Assembly (NCBI RefSeq): GCF_018977255.1
Contig: NW_024704807.1
Coordinates: forward strand, 186,001-250,000
Length of the DNA: 64,000 nt
From: Callorhinchus milii
Lineage: Eukaryota
Direction: 5' to 3'
A program made the position numbers and the translations under genes. Under the pieces are notes generated by a model that did no database searches, was not told the origin of the DNA, and saw nothing but the letters and a program-made list of their open reading frames with translations. Below, one piece after another: positions 37,630 through 48,900 of this stretch (the stretch's first letter is position 1; each line of letters starts with the position of its first letter).

Positions 37630-38058
37630 TACCTCTGGCTCTGGTCTGCTCCACGTCCCCCACCCCAACCGCCCTACCATCCGTGGTCGGGCCTTCAGGC
37701 TCTCAGCCCCCAGGCTCTGGAACTCTATCCCCCAGTGCCTTCGCCACGTCCTCCCTTTCCTCCTTCAAGGCCGGTCTCAAAACCTTTCTCTTTGACCGTG
37801 CCTTCAGCTCCCCTCTCGACTCTCTTCCCCCTCCTCGCTCCCTCCCTTCCCTCCCCTCACCCTGACCATTTCCCCACTCCTTGCTCCTTCCCTTCCCTCC
37901 CCTCACCCTGACCATTTCCCCCCTCCTCGCAACCTCCCTTCCCTCCCCTCATCCTGACCATTCCCCCCCTGCTCGAGTCATGACCCAACTGTGCTGCGCC
38001 TTGGGACGTCCTCCTGACGTGAAAGGCGCTTTTTAAATGGAATCTTGTTGTTGTTGTT
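37630..38058 (+). mobile_element. 5'-truncated L2 3' fragment
   Basis: Near-identical to 34910-35299 with an extra 3' UTR repeat unit. Confidence 0.92.
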
Positions 38059-39179
38059 GTCTCCACAGTCTCCTCTTCAACCGCGCATTCCTCCAGGCAG
38101 CTCCCTCTCCCCTCCCTGCCCTCCATCATCCTGATCCCAACCTCCAGCTCGGGGCCCAATCTTTGAGGTCCTCCCGATGTGAAAGAAACTTTACAAATGT
38201 GATGTTGTTGCTGTGTATTACCGCTGAGCTACATGACTCCACAAATGATCCTTGCATTGGATATTGCGCCTGATCACAACCTTCTGACGCCTCAAAGCGC
38301 TTCAAGGAATATACTGTACAGTAAAGTGACGGTGTCATTTGAGGGTGAAACGCGGCAGGAAATGTGCAGTTCAGTATCGCGTAAACAGTCGTGGACCAAA
38401 GTTAAGTGACCAAATTAATATTATTGTAAGGAGATTTGACGTAAAACGACAATGTGGGTCTCTCTCTTCCCAACCCCATGACCAGCTCCAGAGCTGGTCT
38501 GTCAGCTCAGAGTCCCCGCGATGTGTGGGTGTTTCAGCGCCTTGGGACGTCCTCCCGACGGGAAAGGCGCTCTATAAATGGAATCTTGTTGTTGTTGTTG
38601 TGTGTGTTGGGGAGTGCAACAAACACACCACCTCATGACTCGGAGGCGAGAGAGAGAGAGAGAAAGAGAGATAGTGAGAGCAAGAGCCGGAAACGCAACC
38701 GAAGCCGAAATATAAAACTCTGCAGCTGGAACCTTTGTAGCTGTAAATGTATTAGTCAATTTGGATCAAGTCTATTAATTTATTAATCGCATTGTCAAAG
38801 ATGTGAAAGATTGGAACTTGCGAGCGCCAACTTAGTGTGAGATTAAACAGCCGATGTTCCTGTATTCCGTTGCTCTAACTTCATAAACTTAATGATAAAG
38901 CATGTTTTTAACATCCACCATCAAGTAGCACGTCACTGAGACGTCTCAAAGCGCTTCACACAATGTGCTGTAACGTGTAGTGACTGTGACTTTGGTGGGT
39001 GGAACTCAACAAGAATTTTGCAACAGCAGTGTCCCACAAACCGTCGTGGATTAAGCGACCAAATTCTTATTTTGTAAGATGTGGACGATTGCAACTTGCG
39101 AGTTCCTGCTTCTTGTGAGATTACTTTCCTTTGCAATGGCGCCACAAACTTAACGGCAAAGCTTTAACCATCACCGTCA

Positions 39180-39507
39180 GTGGAGTCCTGTAGCTCAGTG
39201 GTTAGAGCACTCGCTTTGCAAGTGAGAGACCTGAGTTCAATTCCAGGCAGAGGGCGAAACCTTGGGCAAGTTTCCTTACTCCACACAGAGCCTAATAATA
39301 ATCCCTCCAAAACCAAAAACAATAATAAATTGGTCATTTTCAATCCACGACTGTTTGTGGGACATTGCTGTGCGCAATTGGCTGCCGCGTTCGTCCACAA
39401 ATATACAGTCAATTCACTTTACAGTGTGTTCTGTGAAGCGCTTTGGGACGTCCTCCCGACGTGAAAAGCGCTACATCAAATGCAAGGATTATTATTATTA
39501 TTATTAT
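39180..39507 (+). mobile_element. tRNA-Ala-derived SINE
   Basis: Full consensus. Confidence 0.93.
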
Positions 39508-39893
39508 CAGTTGCAGTAGTAGTCATATAAATACATGCAACATATATGCATAATATGTTTTATTACCATTTCTCTAAGACTAATTAGACATTTTATCGCG
39601 ACTATTTAGTCACACTGTATATATTGTGTCAGACGCGGTCAGGAGGTATCGCCCTCTGAGATAGAAGGCTTTGATCTGATTTCACTAAACATTTTTAACC
39701 TTAGTTGAACGTTCAATTTGACCGTGAGCGCAACGTTGTGCAGTGGAAGTAGAACGGACTGAGCTTTACAAGTGGGTTACTCTCTGTCTGTCAAAACTAA
39801 TCTGATGGGGAATGAGATTGAAAAGGTCAAAAGGTTTCATCATCCGAACTATACTTCTAAAGCACGTAACTCGCGAAAACTTTCTGATTTCAG

Positions 39894-39926
39894 CTCCTCA
39901 AGTCGACAGTCAAGATAAGAAATCAG
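39894..39926 (+). CDS. SRCR gene short N-terminal linker exon (APQVDSQDKKS)
   Basis: tttctgatttcAG..GTGAGT, 33 nt, phase 1-1. Confidence 0.6.
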
Positions 39927-42900
39927 GTGAGTTTTTTTGGATAAGCTATTTGTCTTCAGCACAAAATTCATCAAATACAATTAAATCAAAACTTTGTAGC
40001 ACCACCAAACCCAAGACTAGGGCCATCCTCCCGACATAAATGGTACGAAAAGTACTGCAGATGCAACTTGCTGAATCTTTTATGGATGTCAGGCTCCATT
40101 GGCTTCCATTAGCAAAACGGATATTGTTTATAATCCTGACACTCACATGCCATTCACCTCATGCCCTTAGCATCTTACTTATACCCCTCCTCCTCTAGCA
40201 GTCCCACCTATCCTTCGGCCTCATCGACAACATCTTGCATTTGTATACCGTCCCTGATGCAGGTTAGCATCTCAGAGCGCCTGGGTCAGCAGGACCCCGA
40301 CCCAGAGAAAGAGGGAGGTCGAAGTGGAAGCTCTTCCCAAGTTATATCAACTTGGAGTCAAGGAGGAGGGATTGAGGAAGAGTGCTGCAGTGTTTCTGGA
40401 CAAGCTCTGCCCTGTTAAGAACCCAGAGACCCTTCCCTTCCCCGGGTGACAGGCACATGTACAAGAAGATAAGAAGTTATTGTTTTTGCTGTGAAGATCT
40501 ATCCCGCAGTTTCAATACATCTCACGTTGAGTTTGTCCTTGTTATTTTTTCTCTCCTTTACAGTACTGAATTGAGAGGAACATTTCCTCTGTTTGTTTGA
40601 ATTTTAACCTCATCTTTGCAGGAACACTCAAGGCGATTCGTGTCTTCCATCTAACCATTGCAACTTTAATACGTATTGACTGGTGTTTTCCTGTAAATTT
40701 GAAGCTAAAGCATTTGCTCCCCGATCCCTCTTTCTCCACCTTATGTAATCCCCTATTTAAACAAACCTAAGTAATACAACTTTAGTAACCTCGGTCTGTG
40801 CTTCAAATCGTCTCTTGATTTACACGCCTCTCCACCCTGTTCTCCCATCCAAATATCCACACCTCGATTCCAGTCCACATTTAACTTTCGTCTTGTGTCA
40901 ATTATTATTGCTCCACATCCCGCTGAGCCTATCAATGTCACCTGAAATGTGAGGACACGTGGAATGTGCAGCACCTTTAACTCTATCATTCTCTGAAAAC
41001 CATCGTTCAAGTCCCACCATCGATTACATATACTGACACAACCTGCACAACTCTTCCAGCGCTTCACAGAATTTACTGTAAGGAGCAATGACTGTGTAGG
41101 CAAATGCAACAGCTGCAACAAAAACAACTCGGATTGATATAGCGCCCTCAACGCCGGACGGCGACTCAGAGCGCTTCCGATTGAGTACAAATATTATTAT
41201 TATAATTATGACTATCCTGCGCGACTGGAAATCAATTACAAAGGCATGTTTTTGGTGATGTTACTTGCAGATCATTTGAGGCTGGCGAATGGCGGCAGCC
41301 CGTGTGCCGGGAGAGTGGAGGTCTACCACGATGGACAGTGGGGCACAGTGTTTGGCCTTGGCTCTGGTGACAGTGGTTGGGACATGTTGGACGCGGTTGT
41401 GGTGTGTAAGGAGTTGGGCTGTGGAGCCGCGCTGTCAGCATCAGGAGACGCTCACTTTGGCGAAGGCTCAGGTCCCGTTGTGACGGAGAATGTTCAGTGC
41501 AGAGGGAGTGAGTCTACTCTGAGGGATTGTCAGTCACAGCCCTGGAGTGACTATTCAGTGTACTGGTCACACTCCTATGATGCCGGCGTCATCTGCTCAG
41601 GTAAATATTTCAGTGTCATTTTTTTCAATCCTCATGTTTTCGGTAAACCACAGTTTGAGAAACTCTGATAGAGATTGCATTCCACATGATGTCAGTTTGT
41701 CAGTTTTAAATCCCTAGTTTTTTTGGGGGTTCACACCGCCTCCTTCCGCTCCTCACCACCCCCCAACCTCTCTCCCGCTGCCGCCCACCCTCCAGCCCTC
41801 CTCCGTCGTTCAATGTTGATTTTCTTTAACCTCCGTGTTTCTGCACAACTGTGGCTTCAATCCTTCAATGAAATAATTTTTCAGCACGGAAGTAAAATAT
41901 ATTTATTTTAAATATATGCGTCCTTAAGATAATAATTAGTAATTAATCCTAGAGAATCCCTCAATCGCCTGGCCAGCACCTCGCCCGGCACCCCACCCCC
42001 GGCTCGGGGTCAACCACTATTAAACGGTCCTAGACATGTTACATGATTGCAAGTTGTTTTTTTTTAACACATTTTCCCTTTCCCGACCAAAGTGTCTCAG
42101 ATAATACGTAGTAATCAAATGTGACAGTAGATCTTGTGAAGAGCTTCGAGTCGTCCACCTGTCATAAACGGCTCAATGTCAAAAATGACGATGGTTATAA
42201 TCTGGAATTAAGTTTGCAAATGGTAAAAATATAATTTTCTAACTGCGGTATGAAGCCTGCGTGCAGTAGTGTTTATTATTTCAACTCAAACGGCTTTCCG
42301 TCCTGCCCCTCTAGCTCACTTGCTGCGCTGCTAATTGCCCCATCCCCACCTTAATAATAATAATAATAATCCTTGCATTTGATATCGCGCTTTTCACGTC
42401 GGGAGGACGTCCCAAAGCGCTTCACAGAACACACTGTAAAGTGAATTGACTGTATATTTGTGGGCGAACGCGGCAGCCAATTGCGCACAGCAATGTCCCA
42501 CAAACAGTCGTAGATTGAAAATGACCAATTTATTATTGTTTTTGGAGGGATTATTATTAGGCTGTGTGTGGAGTAAGGAAACTTGCCCAAGATTTCGCCC
42601 TGACCTGCCTGGAATTGAACTCAGGTCTCTAACTTGCAAAGCGAGTGATCTAACCACTGAGCTACAGGACTCCATTCAGGAGAGGCTTCAATCATTGATT
42701 CAGACTTCTTTTCAAACCGGAACAAATATACATTGAAATCCGCAATGGTTCCTTATGGTGTTCCATCCAAGACAGTCGCTCCATCTCTCCGACTTTTGGT
42801 TTCTTGGGTTTAATTGGCAAATTGCTGCAAAATATTGACCGGGCTTATTAACAGTCCTTTCTTTCTTCATTGTCCTCATTATCTTCTGAGATCCCCATTG

Positions 42901-45900
42901 CACAGCAGGAAATTTCAGTCCCTTCTTTACGCTCTCAGGCTCTCTGACTCCCATTAGGTAGTAGGTACTGTCTCTTCTCATCCTCTCAGACCCCCTTTGC
43001 ACCAAATTTATTGTCCTTCCCTTCCTCACCCTCTCCCACCCCCATTGCACAGGAGGTGCTATCTCTCCTCACCCTCGCAGACTTCCATTGCACAGCAGAT
43101 AGTGCTATTCCTCTGCTCACACTCTCACTCTTCCATTGCACCTCAGGTATTGTCTCTCACCACCTTCTCCGACCCACATTGCCTCTCAGGTGGTATCTCT
43201 CCTAACTCTCTCCGCCTCTTCTTGCACAGTTCCTGCTTACACTCTCAGACCCCATTGCAGACCCCATTGAATTGTAGATACTGTCATTCCACCCCAGTCA
43301 CTTCACTATTAATGCACAGCAGCTACTTCTAAATGATTTGGGACGTCATTCTAACCTGCAGGTCGCAGCGTAAACTTATATTGTGTCCTTTTGAAGCTGC
43401 GTAAGATATTTGTAGGGAAACTCAGCACCACAAAAAAAACTTGCATTGATACGCAGGTAGTTTCGCATGGAGCTTAATCACTACCTCACTCACCTGAAAA
43501 GTATCTAAATGTACATTTCTATCTCTAAATTTCTGATGATTGTTTCAGCTTTCACCTGTTTGCTGTCTGTCGTTAATCTTTCTGTCAACGTGGAGTCCTG
43601 TATCTCAGTGGTTAGAGCACTCGCTTTGCGAGCGAGAGACCCGAGTTCAACTCCAGGCAGAAGGCGAAACCTTGGGCAAGTTTCCTTACTCCACACAGAG
43701 CCTAATAATAATCCCTCCAAAACCAAAAACAAGAATTAAATGGGTCATTTTCAATCTACGACTGTTTGCGGGACATTGCTGTGCGCAATTGGCTGCCGCG
43801 TTCACCAACAAATATACAGTCAATTCACATACAGTGCGTCGTGCGAAGTGCATTGGCACGTCATCCCGACGTGAAAAGCGCTATATCAAATGCAAGGATT
43901 ATTATTATTATAGGTACGTTCTTTGTATTATAATAACCCATATCACGTTAAATCTTCCACTACAGAACATTATCCCCCAAAATTAATTGGTGGAAGCAAT
44001 GCCTGTTCCGGAAGAGTTGAATTGCAGCGCAATTATAAATCGGGAACAATCTGCGATCATTATTGGGATTTACAGGACGCCGATGTGCTCTGTCGGCAAT
44101 TGGATTGTGGCTTCGCTTTGTCAACTGGTTCTGGAACACTGTTTGGGAAAGAAACAGCTCTTATCTGGAAAACTAACTTCAATTGTGTCGGTAATGAATA
44201 CCGAGTGTCGCACTGTCCTGTATCATTCTGGGAGAAGTTCAGCTGTACACATGACAATGATGTTACTGTTGTATGTTCCGGTGAGTGAAATAATAATTCT
44301 TGCATTTGATAAAGTGCATTACTACCTGATTATTATTAAGTCATTGAGACTTCTTCAACGCGCTTCAAATAGTATAACTTAATGAAATCTGACTGCATAT
44401 TTTGTCGTCGGAAAAGCCAACAACTTAAAAAATAATGGGTCATACACTTTAAAAGTAAAATCTACCTTTTCTCAAATGATACGCTGTCTGTCTAACAGAA
44501 CCTGATCTATTGTGTGAGTAAGATTTGCGAAGAGTTATTATTCAGGTGTCAGAGGTGACACCAATCTCCATCTCTAAAAATCAGCACAAACCAAATTTAA
44601 TTTTATTATTGCATACGAGAGCATAGACTCCTGAGACAAAGTGTTTACTCCCGATTCCCATAGAGTAGTCTGGTCCTGATGAAGGACAATCTCTGGTTTT
44701 AGACTGTGACGATAATGCTCTTCTGCTAGAAATGCAACGATTCTTTTAAAAATTCTCCTTCTATTCAAGTATTTGTTTCCTCCTGGCACATGAGGTTAGT
44801 TGTGCACTTGGGCTGGAGGCTGCTGTCATTTTTTGTGTTATTGTCTGTAGATTATGTGTAGCTGTGAACACCAGTAACGTCGTCGTCTGTGAAATGTTCA
44901 TGTAATTTCTACGTTACTATGAATATTTCTGTGTCATTTTGTCGGGTGTATTGTCACATTCGACATACCTATTTTCAATTACTCACACGATATACTTATC
45001 TTCAGCTCTTACAGCTTTGAGTATGAATTGTGCATTGAAATCGTTGCAGGTACACAGTGGCACTTACGGTTAGAGAGCGGTGTGAGCGGCTGTGATGGGC
45101 GAGTGGAGATTTTTCATGACGGTACTTGGGGCAGATTGCTGGACGATTCCTGGAATATATCAGATGGCGATGTCATCTGCCGACAGCTGAACTGTGGCTC
45201 TGCTATTTCAGTCTACAACTCTTCCCAATACGGGGAAGGCACTGGACCTGTGTGGATCAATAATGTTCAGTGTGTGGGAACCGAGACACACATCTGGAAC
45301 TGCTCACATTCCACAGTGGCTTCATCCTCCTGGACCAGCCGGGATGTGGGAGTGATTTGTTCGGGTGAGTGCACTTTAGTGATAAATAGAATAAATGGAA
45401 TAAATCTTTGTTAATTTTGGTAACACATTGCTAAATAACTTACATTATGCCTCTCTCTCGGTGAGTGCTCATCTTCATTGATGTAGAAATGTCCCACCAG
45501 TTTGAATTACTCCACCTGTGATGCTGGGACAAGAGTATGAACGTCAATACACAATGAAAGTTCACACATATACATTGAGTATCAATTAATTTTTTTGGAT
45601 GACGAATAATATTAAACCGCAAACGATCTCTTTATATCCTAAATAGAAATTTGACATACTGTTTTACTTTGCAACAGAACACAAACAGCTTACACTAAAC
45701 GAATCAAATTGGAAAACATTTCGTACTGGAGTTCAGAGTTCAAGTGAGTGAACGTTTACCAATACTTTTTATTTCACCAGGAGGTTTTAAATAGCATTTT
45801 AAATCGGTGCATGTTATGCCTTGAATTAAACTTTCCTCATTTTCAGCAGAAGATGTTCAGATCAGACTGATGGACGGTGGGAGTTCGTGTGCTGGGAGAG

Positions 45901-48900
45901 TGGAGATTTACTACAACAGAACCTGGGGGACGGTGTGTGATGACTCCTGGGGTTCACTTGAGGCGAATGTTGTGTGCAAACAGCTCGGATGTGGATCTGC
46001 AGTTCATACAACATCTGCGGCCACTTGTGGACGAGCCTCAGCTCCAGTTTGGTTGGATGACGTGAGATGTACAGGAAAGGAATCAGCTCTCTGGGAATGC
46101 CCCTCTTCTCCATGGGGGCAACATGACTGTTATCATAAAGAAGATGTGAGCATCGTGTGTAAAGGTAAGAGATTAATCACTTTGTCTTACATCAGCAAAT
46201 TCCACTGATAGGGTGTGAGCTTGGATCAGATTTTAGCACTTTCTCCATTCAGGTAAATGGTATTTGGTTTCAAAGGCCTCATGGAATAATTTTGGCAAAA
46301 GCTAACAATTCAGTGCAGTAATCTTTGCCTCTGATGGTGTTATTACCTGTTCACCTGAGAAAAAATGATCCCATGGGCAATGCTGGAAAAGGCAAGGATG
46401 ATTGCCATTGTGCCCGGGGCCAACTATCCTGGCGATGAAACATGTGGAGTCCTGTAGATCAGTGGTTAGAGCACTTGCTTTGAAAGCGAGAGACCTGAGT
46501 TCAATTCCAGGCAGAGGGCGAAACCTTAGGCAAGTTTCCTTACTCCACAAAGAGCCTAATAATAATCCCTCCAAAAATCAAAAACAATAATAAATTGGTC
46601 ATTTTTCAATCCACGACTGTTTGTGGGACATTGCTGTGCGCAACTGGCTGCCGCCTTTGCCCACACATATAAAATCAGTTCATTTTACAGTGCGTTCTAT
46701 GAAGCGCTTCAGGACGCACTCCTGACGTGAAAAGCGCTATATCAAATGCAAGGATTATTATTATTATCATTATGTTCTATTTGTGGTTAGATGTGGGATA
46801 TTGTATGGCAGTTTGTGTCTAGATATTCCGTCACCACAGTTAGAAACAGCTGTAAAATAGTAATAATAATTTTGTTGTTTTTGGTTTTTGGAGGGATTAT
46901 TATAGGCTCTGTGTGGAGTAAGAAAATTTGATACAGCGCTTTTCACTTCGGGAGGACGTCCCAAAGCGCTTCACAGAATGCACTGTAAAGTGAATTGACT
47001 GTATATTTGTGGACGAACGCGGCAGCCAATTGCGCACAGCAATGTCCCACAAACAGTCGTAAATTGAAACTGACCAATTTATTATTGTTTTTGGTTTTGG
47101 AGGGATTAGTATTAGGCTCTGCGTGTAGTAAGGAAACTTGCCCAAGGTTTCGCTCTCTGCCTGAAATTGAACTCAGGTCTCTCGCTTGCAAAGCGAGTGC
47201 TCTAACCACTGAGCTACAGGAGGTAGATTGACTACGTTGCAGTTGAGAGATTTCAATTCTATCATAACACCATGTTGCCTCACAGAGCACAAGATGCTGC
47301 GGCTGGCGAATGGGCTACATTCCTGCGAGGGGAGAGTGGAAGTGTTTTACAATGGGACCTGGGGCACAGTCTGCTCGGACTCCATGGGAATCGACGAAGC
47401 TGAGGTAATCTGCAAACAGTTAGATTGTGGCAAAGCTCTCGAAGTTGAATATGATGGAAAATTTGACGAAGGATCTGGACCTATTTGGTTGGATGACATG
47501 GAGTGCAATTCAAAGGAATCCTTCCTGTGGCAGTGCTCCTCACGACCTTGGGGTGAACATAACTGTGTTCATTCGGAAGATGTGGGTGTGATGTGTTCAG
47601 GTAGTAAAATGTCCCTTAGTTCACATCTCTGATGAAATATTTATTGTACCTATGTTTGAACCAGTTTGCTTATCTGATGTATTTTTGATGCAGAGAAAGC
47701 TCCGGAAAAAAGGGAGAGGGCAAAACTATGCGATGGGAGATCACCGGATCATCAGATTCGTTTATCAGGTACTGAATGAAAAATAAATGAATGAACAGAA
47801 TTTGTATTTGTTATCAAATCATTCACATCAGGTGGAATTCTAAGTGCGCTTCACATTATCTACTGTAACGTGGTTTGACTGCAATGATAATAATCCTTCC
47901 ATTGGATAATGCGCTTTTCACGTTTTCTTGAATTGTCAAAGCGCTTCACGGAATTTACTGGAAAGTGAAGCGACTGCATATTTGTGGGCGAAACGCGGCA
48001 GACAATTGAGCACAGCGGTGTCCCACAACCAATTGTCGATCTAGTGATCAAATTATTATCACTAATGTTTATTTTTGAAGGTTTATTTATAACAGATCCT
48101 GTAAATAATACTTTACATGATAAATTCTATTGATGACAATATGGAAGAGTGCGTATTTTATTGGTGTGAGTAACTAACATGTGATATGAATACTGTCTAT
48201 CAATACGTCCTCCCGACGCGAAATTCGCTATACAAATGTAATCTTGTTGTTGTTGTTGCTGTCTGATCAGGACAGGAGTTGCGGTTGGTTGGAGGAAGCA
48301 GCATTTGCTCGGGGAGAGTTGAGATACTGAGCAATAAGACGTGGGGGACGGTGTGTGACGACTCCTGGGATATCCGAGAGGCCAGTGTGGTGTGCGGACA
48401 GCTGGACTGCGGCCCGGCCGTGCGGGCTGTGGGACAGGCGGGGTTCGGACAAGGCGCTGGTCAGATATGGCTGGACGAGCTTCACTGCAGAGGAAGCGAA
48501 TCCTTTCTGTGGGATTGTGTCTCTTCATCCGCGGGTCACAGCGACTGCGTTCACAAAGAAGATGCTGGTGTGGTTTGCTCCGGTAGGGATCCGATCTCTC
48601 AATGTTCATTGACAAATTTGAGGTTTTTTAAATATTTCTCAACAAAAGCAGATTAATTCTGACTTGATTTGAAGCCAGAAATTGAATTGTTACTGGATTA
48701 ATGGTGTTTGCGATGTGTTGCAGGTAAACCTCCCAGACCGCCTGTCCCAAACCCATCCTTTGGTAAATAAAACAATTACTTGACCTCTTGATGATGTGTT
48801 GCTTAACATTCATAGATATTACCAACCAGTATTGTCTTTGATTCGTAAACAAGGAAATATACTTAAGCAGTACATTTGTAAACTAACCTGCCACAAGTCA

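Noticed and set aside
39079-39153. MWTIATCEFLLLVRLLSFAMA as the SRCR signal exon
   Set aside because: No phase-1 donor; it runs into a stop and lies among SINE remnants.
40500-41190. 145-aa minus-strand ORF in the SRCR intron
   Set aside because: No recognisable domain; partly SINE/L2 tail sequence.
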